From contig NW_026515679.1 in NCBI RefSeq assembly GCF_025526975.1, positions 310,001-374,000 of the forward strand: DNA of 64,000 bases, written 5' to 3'. Below the pieces are notes generated by a model. That model saw only the letters and a program-made list of their open reading frames with translations. It made no database searches and had not been told where the DNA came from. Both the position numbers and the translations under genes were made by a program. This DNA comes from Fimicolochytrium jonesii (Eukaryota). Shown in pieces: positions 24,450-37,754 of this stretch. How positions within the stretch are numbered: the first letter of the stretch is position 1; the number at the start of each line of letters is the position of its first letter.

Positions 24450-25877
24450 GTAAGTGGTTGGAGGGATGGGTAAGCCTGACCATCTCTGATGAAAAATCCC
24501 ACCCCGTACTTCCTCGCACGCCCCACACTGGAGTGACTGGACGATACCCAACCGCGCCGTTTAGTCCGTGAACGCGGACCGCACGGAACGTATGAGATGG
24601 ACAGATGCGATAGACTAGAGGAACGCACACACGAGGCGGATGCATTAAACCGCATTCCCAACGGACACCGGTCTAATCAGAGTTAGGCCCGAAGGTGCTG
24701 CTGCTGTGCATATCTCTAGAAGATGTAGACTCGGACAAGGCATATCCCATGTTCATCATCGGGCCCCGTGCCTTCCTTTCTTCTTTAGCCGAGGGTCTTC
24801 ACATACCGAAGAAGGATTTGCGACCTCTGCATCTAGCGGAACGACGCGCCTCTGCCTTTTATGCATTTCGATTGGATTGGGCTTTCACTGCTCGCAATTT
24901 CGTTACGTACGTAGGGCACTTCACGAAGGGAGACACTGCGCCCCGGTATACCTTTTTCTCCTTTTCCATAACGACCAAACGGCCCAACACTGCGATAATG
25001 CCCTCCATCGACCCCCAGTCGGTCTACGACATGCTCAAGAACACCAGATCATCACCCGCCGTCGAACCAGAGTTCCTACGGGACGGCGCGTCAGAGACTA
25101 CCGGAAAGCACCAACAGCAGTCGCAGCCGTTCCATCGACCATTCCCTTATGCGACGACACCGGACCTTGTTGATCAGCTGACAGTGGGAGGCGCTGTGTC
25201 GACGGCGGCCGGGGTGTACCAGGGGACGGTGGGCAATAGGATGCCGGCGATAGCTGTGGCTGGAGCTGGGGTGGGAATGACGCCGCGGCAGTTGAAGACG
25301 AAGTATCAGTTGATGAGGCGGAGAACCGAGGTGAGACTCGTTGGGCATACGTCCGTGGGAAGTCCGATACGGTCAGATTTCCTTATATAGTGCCATCCTT
25401 AGGAGGGACAAGGTCGGACACCTTCACCACCGTCAACGCCATTCTCCGGAGGTGGATCGGCAGGACCGAGCAGATTTTATACGCCCTTCACGCCTTCTGT
25501 TGCCAGAACATTGCATTTCAAAGCACCGTCGGAGGTTGTCTCATCCCGTTACGACGACCGTGTCATTGTGCAGTAAGTTGTTGATGGGGTTGGGCCGTGC
25601 TCAAGTGCAACATCCCCTCACTTACGCACTCCAACGAATCGTCCATAGGGAGGACCACTCTGTGAAGATTCCCAACTTTTGACCAGTTTTCTTCCAATGT
25701 AAATCGCTCTGTTGTGTCTACGACATCGCATGAAGAATGCCAACTGTACATTAAAAAAAGGCTGCCATTCGATATGGAACGACCCCAATCAATTCCCAAG
25801 ACGATGAAGCATGCGCTGGTCAGATGAACCATTGCAGCGCAACCAAAAGTAAACCCCGACACGCCTCACTAGACCCT

Positions 25878-27328
25878 TCATGTCAACAGCAACGGCATGA
25901 TATCTGAAAGCGACGCAACCCCGACGAGGTTACTGCTTCCGCTAACGATCCACACACGGTGGGCACGCGTTGCCGCCAGCTTCTCAATCGTCGCGATGAG
26001 CGTTGTGTTTGGGTGTACCACATACAGTGGAACCCGATCGTCTCCTCCGGCTTCTAGACCCTGTTCGTATCGCATGCTCGCGAAGAAGTCGTAGCATGTT
26101 TCGTATAACCGCCTCCATCCTTTCCGGTCTGCTAGAATGGCTTTGATGTCTGTCATACTGATCGAGCCGATGAGCTGTAATATACATATAACGGATGAAT
26201 TTGCGGACACGTGGGAGACATGAAAACAAGACATGGCATACATCGTTCTCTCCGTCTTCTCTTGTCACTATGGCGACTGATGAGATCTTGTGTTCGTGCA
26301 TCATGTACAAAGCCTCCAGAACCTTTGCGTTGCGAAGCCACTGTTAGCGTCAAAGCATGACCGCATCTGTGCTCTCTCTCAATCGCCATTCACTCACCGT
26401 GTCTTCAGAGACTACCGAGATGACCTCCTTCCCTACCAGGCCCACGTCCTCTAGCGTTTTGTTCCCCGTAGGCCATATGGACTTCGCCTTCGGGTTCAGA
26501 GAACCCGCCAGCTTTCCCACGCTCGAAGCTACCAACCCCGCAACGGTACTTTGCGACAGGATTCCAGCAAAATGCGAGGCTCCTTGATCAGGCTCCAATA
26601 CGATCAATCGGTGTACATGATTCTTGCTGAACTCTTCGACCGCAGTTCTGTTTCAGATTTTGGGAGAGTCAGACGATCGCTGTCATCATCCCGTTCAACT
26701 AGAGGTCTTCTAGTTTATACCTTACGGTCGCAGACGCCGGTAAAGCGACCAACGGGTTCTCCCTCGACAAATTGCTCACAAGTTTGATAGGCACACCCGT
26801 CTTGTTCATCAACGCTCTCTTCACAATGTCGGTAACCTCCATCTCCGCGTCAATCGCCGGTGCATCTCGAGGCACTTTATGCAATACGCTGAGCACGAAC
26901 GCTACAAGGTCCCTGTAATCCAACATTCCGATGAATCCGCCTTTTTCGGCATCGTAGACTGGGGCGCTGGAGATTTTGTTTGCTGCGAGAGCTTCGCAGC
27001 CTGTGGAATAATGCAGGCGTAAAGAAAGGGAGGCTCTCCGTAGAAAAGCTCGATGGCTGACCTACCCTCGGTAACGGAAAGCTCAGCATCCAAACAGAGA
27101 GGATGCTACAACAGACAGGGGAGCGACGCGAGGATAGTTAGCGCGCCGGAGAGTTGTGTGAATCCCATCGGACGGAAGGCAACCATAACAGCGGGCGACT
27201 ACCTTAGGCTTCGCCCCAGCCTTGTTCAGCATAGGATCAGCGGACTTGCATAGCTCTCCGCACGTAACAGTGTTCAGCAGTGCATCGAGTGTGCCGTTCT
27301 CGACGATCCCTTGTTCCACGGTTTGCAT
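25878..27328 (-). CDS. CBS-domain protein, Sds23/Sds24 (AMPK-gamma-related) like, multi-exon
   Basis: GMLDYRDLVAFVL, FAGILSQSTV, LIGSISMTDIK, LAATRAHRVWIV...LVGVASLSDIM; four CBS-like repeats across exons. Confidence 0.78.
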
Positions 27329-29000
27329 GGTGATGATCGTCCACGAGGGTTTTGAAAGCTGGGTAACTGTATACGGCTATTCTGTTAGGTTTGCGTTGGC
27401 AGAAAGCGTTTTGCAGAGATTGCTGTTTTGCACCCCAGAGTTTAAGAGTTTTGGGTTCGTCCCTTGTCCTCAGCAAGCAATAAAAGTTGCCAATGACGGG
27501 CGACGAGGCGAGACGGGCTTGATGCAGGGCTTGATGTCACGCGCCGTTTCATCTACCTTGGACCACAAAATCATCACTGCCACTGCAACACATCCGAACC
27601 CTTGAGATTGGAAGCCTCACAAATGTAAGCGCAGATGCACGCATGACGATATTATACGGTCTGGATGGCCCAGCGCTGCACCTTCATGCTTGGAACACCC
27701 ACCCTTCCATCGCAACATCCAGACCTCTGGTGTCCGCGTTGTTGTGAGTACGATAGTCCGCCTCCCGCAAGAGAAGACATGACGGGCCCGCAACGTTGCA
27801 TCAAACCAAGGAGGGCTATTAGATCCGAGCTACGGACTTGATGCCTCACGAGTCTCGACATTAGAAATAAAGGTTCACACAAGATGCATCTTGGACTTTT
27901 GCGAGGTGATCGGTGATCCCGGACCTCGACCCATCATGGTAAGCCCGGACTACGCCGTAAACTCAGATGTCATCTAGACGCCGCCTACCCACGCGAAAAT
28001 GTTTTCTGTGTGTGCAGAATGCTGGGCTGTCCAGAACCCGTCGTACGAGGGCATCGACATCCTGGCTCATAATAAGCGGCTCCTGCTGCCGCCGGGTCAA
28101 AGATCGAGTGTGAGATGCATCCGGCTTTGTCCGAAATTCGGACATACAGTAGTGATAAACAGTAGGGGCATCATGTAAGTTCACAAACACGTCGCCATCG
28201 GGCGTGGGTGTGGGGGGTCTGGGGGTTGGATATGGACATCCCATTGCTCCAGAATAGCCCAAGAAAGCCAAAAGGCTAAGGCACCGGAAGGAACGCGGCT
28301 CGAATACGGATTGTGCAGAAAGTGGCCGACGAGGCCTCCGATTCTGACAGGAAGCGTCAAGGTCTTGCAAGACCTTGCTTTTTCGCCCGTGAAACCTTAC
28401 CGACCTTGAACCTTCAGCCTTCGGCATCGATTCACTCGGAACACACAACCTGCTTCATACTACCCAATACATATACAAATTCACTACGTTATAGACCTTT
28501 TAGACGTAAGCCCAAAAAAATGACCGAGCGACTCTTTTTCCCACGGAGTCGACTACGCTACAACTATGCTTGCTAACAGTCCTCAACTAACTAGATGGGG
28601 AAAAGGCGGGCAAAGACGTCAGAGGGATGCGTCTGTTAGTTGCAGATATATTTCTCGATGTAAGCTAAGTGCCCGAAAAGGTGAAAACGTCGGAGTATGG
28701 GAAAAGGCCGACGTGGGAAAATACTACCGGAGCGCGGGATGAAGTCGAGGCCTGAGAATGGGCGGAGCGGGTGGAGCGGATGGACGTTGGAGGAAGGAGG
28801 GGCCGCAGGGGGGGCACGCTATCCTGCGCCGTCGTGGGCGCCACCTCGTCCACGACCGTCGGACCGTTGGTCACGTCCCACCGCCACATTGACCTGAGTG
28901 TGGGAACAAAACTGTTAGTACTGACGCCCTGTTGAATTTAGTTGATACGGCAGCTATTCGTGTCATTTATCGGTGATGCGGACATCCCTAAAACGCTTGA

Positions 29001-29851
29001 ATGCTTCGTAGTCTTTTGCTGGTATTCAAACGGGAATCTGGCATAGAAGAAACTTTCTGGAAGTTCGTCGCGCTATACGACAAAACGGTCCTATGGCAGA
29101 TGGCCCGAAACAAACTCTGTACGGACGAGGATAGATTCGAACGGACATTCAACGCATCCAGCCGGCTCTTCGTGAGTGCGCACGACGAAATCTCAAAATT
29201 GCTGAAGGAAGAATGGGACAACGTCGGATTGGGATCCTTGTTTTTCACCCAAGGCACTATGTCCGCCGCGGTGCCATTCGAGGTCGTGCGCTCGGTTCTG
29301 TTCAAAGGTTCTGCAAGGATCGATGACGTCGAGCGAGTTTGGATGCAGATGGGGTCGATCAAGCTGAAAGACATTGCCAAGATCCGCGAATGTCTTGTGA
29401 AGAATCACCCGGAACCTACCCCACCTACCCCGCCTGTTCGCATCCCCGCAAGCACCCCCGTATCGATTCGCACTGTCTATCTTCCCACTCCGACGTGCAC
29501 CCCCCTCGGCCCCTCGGTCCATCTAAACCGACGGGAGCAGACAGGCAGGTCGGGCAGGTTGGGGATGAGCAAGTCGGGCAGGTTGGGGAGGGGCAGGTTA
29601 GTTATGAGCAGGTCGGGCAGGTCGGGCAGGAGGGGGATGAGCAGGTCGGGGAGGGGCAGGTTGGGGAGGGGCAGGTTGGGGAGGTTGGGGTAGAGGAGGT
29701 CGGGGTAGCGGAGTTGGAGGTCGTGGAAGAGGAGTGGGAGGCTGAGGTGACGAGCAGCAGTAGGAAACGACAACAACACGCCTGTCCCATCGCCGGTCCC
29801 AAGAGGAGGAGGGTGGGGGCACTTGCAGAGTTGAGCGTGCAAAGGTTCTAA
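29001..29851 (+). other. Unassigned ORF(s), possibly frameshifted, ending in an EQVG-repeat acidic tract and NLS-like PKRRRV
   Basis: Overlapping ORFs 29001-29693 and 29339-29851; no family recognised. Confidence 0.3.
29535..29710. repeat. G-rich imperfect tandem repeat (GAGCAGGTCGGGCAGGTTGGG-type units)
   Basis: Repeated gcaggtcggg / gcaggttgggga units. Confidence 0.8.
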
Positions 29852-30735
29852 TTAAAATTTTTTGGTAGACAAGTAGAAACACCTATTTTTGCTGGAGTTT
29901 GCTGGAGTTTGCATGTATATACAGTACTGTACATACCGTACATTAAACACTACGTACAGTATGTAGTGCGGTATGTTCGGTCAGGATCTCAAATCGAAAT
30001 CAATTAGAACCTTTGCACACTAAGTGACGCGTTCCTATGGTGCAAGCTATTCTTCAATCTACCCGGAGGGTGGATTACTGTACAAAGGCGACAAGCCACA
30101 GAATGCGCTGCCTGAGATACCAGACGAGTACAAGCTAGAGCTCCCGTCAGTATGGGCTCACTATATCTTCGTCCATTGGACCTCTACCTGGATGACCTGG
30201 AGCCAAGGTTCTTAAGTGAGAACCGAGCTCCATTCAACGTCCACTTTTAGCCGTCAGTCAACTACCACGGCCTAGCCTGACTTTTCTAGTGAAAGATGGG
30301 CCACGAAATCTCGACATTCTGCGGAAAAAGAGAGTGCCGTACTCCGCAAGGGCGCCTGCGTGCACTCTATAGTCGTGGCAACCAACGGTAAGGGTACGCG
30401 TCTCAACAGCGAGCGGTCGTTCTCAACATCTTTACGGTCGCCCAACCTCATCGCGAGCGAAACGAACAACCCTCCCGTCGCTTGCCCCTCCTTATCTCTA
30501 TAGAATCATAGGACAGTATCGCCCCACCGTTGTAGGAACGATTGATCCTCTAGGGGCAACCCACTGACGTTGCATTCTTCGCTAACCCTTCCAGTTGTTC
30601 CCGTAGTGTCCGAAATTTGTCCGACTTTCGGACACAACGCGTTCATGAATTCAGTAATTTTGCAATTCCAGCCAATCAATGCGTCGGTCTCGGCCACATT
30701 CTTCAATTTTTGGGCGAATCCCGGAGCTGAAGGCG

Positions 30736-30827
30736 CACGTGTATATGGCGTCCCCTCCCGCACTCAGAAAACGTGGCGACAAGGAAGCTGGGGGCGATGG
30801 TTCGGTACAGCAGCTTCATTATAAAAG
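30736..30827 (+). promoter_or_regulatory. E-boxes (CACGTG at 30736, AACGTG at 30770) plus TATAAAA upstream of alkaline phosphatase
   Basis: Motifs read directly 150-250 bp upstream of ATG 30979. Confidence 0.5.
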
Positions 30828-30978
30828 CGAGGATGAGTTCTCTACCCGCCTCGCTCAACGTAACGTACCAGCAAGCTAACCAGGGTAACAGGTACTCACC
30901 AATCGAAAAGCAAATCTCCCTGGTCTCTTACTCACCGTTGATCTGTACATGTAGATCCCACTGTCTCGCGAAATCATC

Positions 30979-32792
30979 ATGAAGACCACGTTAGCTTTTG
31001 TCATTCTGGCCGCGGCTGGCCTCGCCCATGCGGAGGTCGCGTCAAAATCCAAATGCCATCACGGGCACGGGCAACGAGGGGTCAAGAATGTTGTGCTTAT
31101 GATCTCCGACGGCTTTGGGCCAGCATCTGAAACCACGGCCAGAACTTTCTTCCAAGTCCGCGACAATCTTAAGTACACGTACAAGAGCCCCCTCGACGAC
31201 ATCATCGTCGGAAATGTGCGGACGAAAGCCTACGACAACTGGGTGACTGATTCGGCTTCCGCCGCCACCGCCTACGCGTGCGGTAAGCATCCTTGTATTG
31301 GGATTGCATCATGACGTGGCAGCTCATCGACGTTCTCTTCTGACTCGCTTTCGTCCGAAGGTGTGAAGACGTTCAACGCTGCAATCGGAGTCACACATGA
31401 TAACAAGAACTGTGGTACCGTTGTCGAGGCCGCCAAATTGAAGGGTCTCAGCACCGGCCTGGTGACGACTACCCGTGTTACACATGCCACGCCTGCCGGT
31501 AAGCGAGAACTGAAGGAAAACGAGTCCCCTTGTGTGGAATCCACCTAAACTGATGAACGGCAATGCAGGTTTCGCCGCGCACGTTCCGGAGCGGGATTGG
31601 GAAGCTCTCATCGCTCAACAACTCATCGGTGACAACCCCATCGGCGGCCGCACACTCGATGTTCTCATCGGCGGTGGTTCCTCTTTCTTCTTTCCCAACA
31701 CTACAAAGGGCTCCAAACGCACGGATGATCGCGATCTGTACAAGGAAGCCACAACCAAGTTCGGCTGGAAGAATGTTGCTTTGACTCGCAGTCAGTTCGA
31801 CAGTATCCCCAACGACAAGTCCGCTCTCCCTCTCCTCGCCACTTTCACCCCCAGCCACATGTCTTACCAGATTGACCGTAACGCTACCCTGGAGCCTTCT
31901 CTCGCCGAGATGTCTCACAAGGCGCTGCAAGCCTTGAAGGATGAGGGCAAGGGCTTCTTCTTGATGAGTAAGTAGATCCACTACCTTGCGGCGGCAACGT
32001 CCGATTGACCATTATCCTTAGCCGACTTTGTTTGCTCTTTCCATACGTCTAAACACCCCGTCGTTCTTCTCTCTTTCCACAGTTGAGGGCGGTAGAATTG
32101 ATCATGCTGGTCATATCAACGACCCCGCTGCCCACATTCACGATATCAAAGCGTACTGGGACACTGTAGAACTCGTCAAGAAGTTCGCCGATGAGGACGG
32201 CCACACCCTTGTCATCCACGTTTCCGACCACGAGACCGGAGGTCTTACCGCCGCTCGTCAAATGACCAGCACCCAGAAAGACGGATCCAACACTACCGCC
32301 GCATTCCCTTACGAATGGTTTCCCCAGCACCTCCTCAAAGCCTCGGCTTCCACCGAGAAGCTCGCCTCCCTCATCCGCGCCCAGGCCGCCGTCCCTGGTG
32401 CCGACCTCTTTACATTCGTCAAGAACCTCGTCATCAAGTCGTACGGTATCGATGTCAGGGACGAAGAAGTCACGCACCTCATCGCTGCTCTGCGTCGCGA
32501 AGCCGGCGGAGCGCAGTTCACCGAATGGGCCTTGGGCGAGATGCTGAACAGCAGAGCTGAGCTGGGATGGACCACGCACGGACACACCGGTGTTGACGTG
32601 ATTCTCGGCACCTACGGAGCCACCAGCAACTCCATTCGTGGCTCCTACGAGAACACTGAGATCTCCGATATCATTGAGCAGCGCCTTCGTATCGACCGGT
32701 CCAAGGTCAAGTTTGCTTACCCTCCTCCTCCCATGCCCGCGCTTACTCGCCGCTCTGACAGCGAGTCGCACGTCTTTGGTCTCCACGATTAG
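30979..32792 (+). CDS. Alkaline phosphatase (PhoA/Pho8 family) with signal peptide, multi-exon
   Basis: NVVLMISDGFGPAS, VTDSASAATAYACG (catalytic Ser), THATPA, GFFLM.EGGRIDHAGHIND, SDHETGG, WTTHGHTGVDV. Confidence 0.93.
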
Positions 32793-33946
32793 CTTACATT
32801 AGATTACTCCTTTGCATTGAAAGGTATTCGCTTAAGATAGAGTAGACTTTCATTCTCATACCGTAGTGTCGCAACGGATAATTCCCATATACATACACCT
32901 TGCTTCCAGTACTTGCGGATCGTCGACCACCATCCCTTTGCTGGCTGGTTCTAAAAGGCGATCATTCTATTACCGGATAAATGTGCGGCACTTTGACATC
33001 CTCAAAACGGACTGAACGATTCAGATCCCCGTGAAACATTGCGATTGACAGTTTTCATGTTCAAATCCGACAGCGCGTCGCCGCGCCAGTTCCTGCCCCT
33101 CGCCCCATACTGCTACGATCTAGAGGCACCGTACAGGTTGCTTTATGCACAGGGCCCCGCCTCCAGTGGACTCTCAGAGCCTACCTCCTGGTTGGAGAAA
33201 GGGCAGCTCTGTTGCGCGATGTTACAACGCTCGTGGGACATGCTGAACAAGAGGGACGCCCAGGTCGAGCGCGTGCCACTTCGGACGGTTCCCTAGGCGA
33301 ACTCCCAGCACTGTTTGCGACGCATGAATGCACAGCCAAAGCATTGCACTCGTGCAACCATTCCGACAACACAGAGGGTGCACGGTTTTTGTGGCGTGAT
33401 ACACAGGCAAGCACTCCAAGAAGCTCTCAATTCGAATTATGAAAGTCACATGCCGAAATCTTGCAAGTTGTCCGCTCGTTGCCGATGTTGAGATTCGACT
33501 GCTCCTGGATGCCATTTCCGGGGTGAGGTGCCTCCGTATGCGCTGCCATATGCCCACGATCGATATGATGATGCGCCCGCGACTTCGATCCGATGCCCAC
33601 TGTAGGTTAACACTAACACTTGCGTTTTGACTGCCCGTTGTCCCGTTGCTCTCGGTGAAATTTGGCGAGTCCGGGACCCGAACAAAAACGCGTCCCCCTT
33701 TCACAGAAAGGGGCAACCGCATAACCGAAGGATGGCGACCAGAAAACAAACCGACATGACGGAAATAACGATGGATTCCTCGAATCACATAGCTTGAGCG
33801 ACGACAGCTATTGGCGCAAATTGGGAAACTGTGCCACCCGCAATCCGTCACGTGACCCCGCCCGCGCCACATCGTTGAGCCGACGTAGGGGCCCCTATAA
33901 AAGGGAGCATTCACCTCGCCGACTCGTTCACTTTTTCTCACCAACT

Positions 33947-34071
33947 CAGGAAAGTCGCCGTTCTACTCGGCAGCTGCACACGTAGACAGGGAAAGTCGCC
34001 GTTATACCCGGCAGCTACTATGTGTAGACAGGGAAAGTCGCCGTGAAACCCGGCAGCTACGTGTGCAGACA
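33947..34071 (+). repeat. Three tandem ~41-bp imperfect repeats, each with an internal GCCG...CGGC hairpin
   Basis: CAGG(G)AAAGTCGCCGTnnnACyCGGCAGCT...GyAGA x3. Confidence 0.85.
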
Positions 34072-34963
34072 CCAAAAAAAGGATGAAAAGTAACAATGAT
34101 AAATGCAATGGAATGGGCGGAAGCACCTTTAGAATGGTCTCACCACCTATTCCTCTGATAGCAATGCAGGCTCATATCAACGCCCATCTCTTATGCTGGC
34201 GTTCAGCCTATGCGCGATGCGCAATGAAACTATGAGCAGCAAGATGGCAATGAGCTTCGGCGATGGCGGTCCAAAACTCAGTATGATCGTGATGATCTAG
34301 TACGTTGCCACCGTCATCTATGAGACGCCAGCTACTCTGAAAGTCGCTCCAGTGAGCGCTATTCATTCGACCGACGTGCTGCTACTTACATCGAGGTCGT
34401 CGAGATGTCTTCCTGATCGACTCCCCCATCACTTGACGCGTGTTTTGAGACCATTGGACGTGTGAGATCTCGCCACAATTCCGAAATGGAAACTCTACAT
34501 GTATACCGAGCTTCTGAGTGAGAACGGGTTATGCTCGCTCTTCTGTGGCCGGCTCTTCAACAACGGCTGTTTGTGCTTTCGTAGGTCCCCTTACTCCAGC
34601 GTCCAAAGGACTCCGTCCGAACTTCCGAAGGGCCGAACGCGTTAAATACGTTTGCACGGCACTGGCTCATCGACGGCACAACTGGCTACTGGTCGCTTCC
34701 GTCCGAACGTTCAAGATGAATTGAAACTCAGCAACCATGAGATGCCCTCCTCGTTACGTACAAAGATTTAAAGCGCCGTCCCCTGGTTATGCTGGCTAAG
34801 ACATAGAAGTGCCCACATGTGCAAGAGAGCTTATGTATTGTGTTACTCTATGTTCCTTTGGCGCAACAAAATGTAGTTTCCAAGAGCGAGATCGGGATGG
34901 TTCTATATAACTTAAGTGTGGTGGTCCGTCCCGCCGAACAAAGGTGGAACAGATGTACATACA

Positions 34964-37040
34964 TCAAAAACCAAAATCATTCATAATGGCAAGCAAATCA
35001 TCGGCAAATCCATCAGCCGCTAGCGTCTTGCTAACGCCTTCGCTCGGCTCATCTGCTCTCGCAGAAGTGTTGCTCGTGGGAGTGACGACGCTGATACTGA
35101 CGGGCTTCGCGATGTTCGCAGTCTCGCTAGATTCTTTCGGTTTGGAAATGTCAGCATGTTTGGGCTCCGGGATGGTTTTCGTTGTTGGCGTTGCGGGTTC
35201 CACCGGGTCCTTTGCTTCGACCGACTTGCTCGATTCTCGTCTAGAAGGCGAAGGCGGCGGCGCTGATGTTGTCCCGACTTTGGGCGCTGCTAAATCCTCC
35301 TTCGGTGCAGCTTCGACCTGAGGCATGGCGGATGCGGCCCTTGAAGGTGCCAAAGGTGGAAGACCGGCTTGCTTGACGGAGGCACCAGATTCCTCCGGCA
35401 TTCGGTCATGGGGGTGCCCAACCTTCGTTGATTCCTTCGGATCGTTCTTGACCGTTGCTGGAGCTGATATTACGGTCTTCGACCCGTCTACAGACAAGCA
35501 ACACTGGACATAATTTGGCTCCGCTGCAGGCGCGGTCTCCGATACCTTCCCTCCTGCTCCAATTGTCGGCTGGAGTTTGTCTTCCGCACCAAGGGTGGGG
35601 TCGTCGGGGATGGGTAGTTTCAGATGCCGCCGAATCTGGTTGGTTTTCGCCTGCAATGCAATAGAGCTTGTTTAGCACCAACGTGGTATTATGTCCGTGC
35701 GACAACGAAAGCCGAGCAACCCACCTGAATCTCTTCCATGAGCGCCGTTGTTTGCGAGGTAGTGGAACTTGCTTTGCCGCTCATGGTTTCGAATTTCTGC
35801 GTTAAGTTGCATGGGAGTTGAGCTGCGCGAATCAGCATTTGCTTTGAAAAACATGCTTCATGTACCTTCCAGACACCACTAGTAATCTCGTCGAGTTTGT
35901 CTTGACTCAGAGACTCGTCTGTTCTGGTGACTGGAAGGAAATTATGGATCCAGATTAGTCTCTAACTCATAGTGCAGTGTGAGTTTTGCACCCTCTAGTA
36001 CCTGGCTCAGCCCCTAAAGTCTCAATCTGCTTCTCCAAAGCTCGGATTCGGCGCATGAGGAGCTCGACGGCGGCATGCATATCTTGTGTTTCGCTATGAC
36101 GTGCAGCGACGGTCTCGGTCAATTCCTTGAACTCTGCTGCCAACGCGGTTTCTGCAAGCGAAGAGAAATAGATTAAGAACTAAATGCACGCAGACGAGCT
36201 GCCACTCTTTGCAGAAAAAGCTCTGGAATGAGGCGAACCGTTCTTCCTTCGGCTGTCGAACTGAGCTCGACGCTTATGAGTGCCGAGTCCTTCATCGTTG
36301 GTCTCTTTCACGTTGGTTACATCCTGCACGGTGGTAGATCGTCCCCTTGGCGGATTCACGTCCAAAGTTGATGCCGAAGGCTTCATGCTGATAGGCACGG
36401 GTGGCATCGCGGTCTTCGGCACATCAGTCCGGTTCCTGCAGATAATGTCAGCAGGAAACGCAAGGTCTTATGAACAAGCATCTCACATTACTTACGGAGG
36501 CTGCGGCCTAGGACCCAGGGGCGTTACATTCTGCTGAGTAGACTTGGCGGGAACGCTCTTGCGTGTCACAGGAGCCGGCAGGACTTTCGGCGCTGGGCTC
36601 AGAGCGGAGTGCGTGGATGACAGCGAGTCTTTCCGGCTCGGTCGCGGGACAGGAGCGTTGGACGAGGGAACAGCCGACGGCACCCAAAGAAGATCAGATC
36701 TGCCGGGATTCATACTGATGGACATTAGCATTTAAACGTCAAAGATCTAGACCGTACATCGCTTCCGTTCTCACCTTGTCGGAGCGCGTGGGCCAGCTGT
36801 TTGCATCAACGGGCTGACGGCCCTCTTTGCGCTCACATCTTCAGCAGATGCCAGATACCCGGATCCTAGAGCAGCCGAAGAGTTGGCTTCCGTCAAAGGA
36901 ACTGGCGACGGGGCCGTAGAGACACTGAGCTTCTCATAATTGACGGGCTTCCGTCGCGGTTTCTGGGATGTAGACATGTGGCGGTTGGGCTTGCCGTGTG
37001 GCAGAGACACAGGTGAGAGAGGTTCGAGGTGGGAGATCAT
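34964..37040 (-). CDS. Hypothetical Pro/Ser-rich protein with coiled-coil segment, multi-exon
   Basis: Chain of same-strand ORFs separated by GT-AG introns; ends DDLLAIMNDFGF*. Confidence 0.5.
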
Positions 37041-37754
37041 TGAGGCCGCTGGAAGCAACTGGTGTGATTTGCGAGATCATCCAAGATTCTTCATTCACGA
37101 CCATTCACGACCATTCACCGCGCAGTGTACGGAATAGTATATCTCTCTTAAGCAAACAAAAGGACCCATTGGCGTGGCTATGGCTCCCAGTCGGAGAGCC
37201 CGACGCCCTCTGCCTTTGAAGATGGCCCACGCTGGGCGCGGCCGCGATCGAAAAAGCAATAAGGTTATTTCACGCACATAGACAACGTCACTGCGGACAC
37301 CCATAGTAGAGTAGAACACTATTAAGCCAATGCACAGGTGCAGCTTGAACCGGCGGAGGATGTCGGGTCGCCATTGTCTTGCCGTACTACCAACTCCTCA
37401 GAGTCTCAGACTTCCAAAGTCTACGCGTTCATATGTTCTCGACTTTTCCGGAAGTGTCACTCTCAGCGAGTCATGTTCCATTGTTCCACGACCTTACCCC
37501 AAGGATGCAACGGGCAATAACGCCGTCTCAGGCATCCAAAGCTGCCGTTCAAAAAGACCTTTGTGTCATACGAGTATGATAATTGTGGGGACTACATACA
37601 AAAACATGAGGAAAGAATGTTGTAGTCAAGGGAAGCGAACGGCCTACGTAGGACGTGCACCAACCTAGCTAGCAGACTATGTACAGAGGATCTGATCCTG
37701 GTGGACCGCAATATACATGAAATGACCACCCCGCAGCGCTCCCTGGCCAGGCAC

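Noticed and set aside
33947..34071. Possible CRISPR array
   Set aside because: Units are contiguous with no unique spacers of repeat length, there are only three copies, no cas genes, and the context is eukaryotic.
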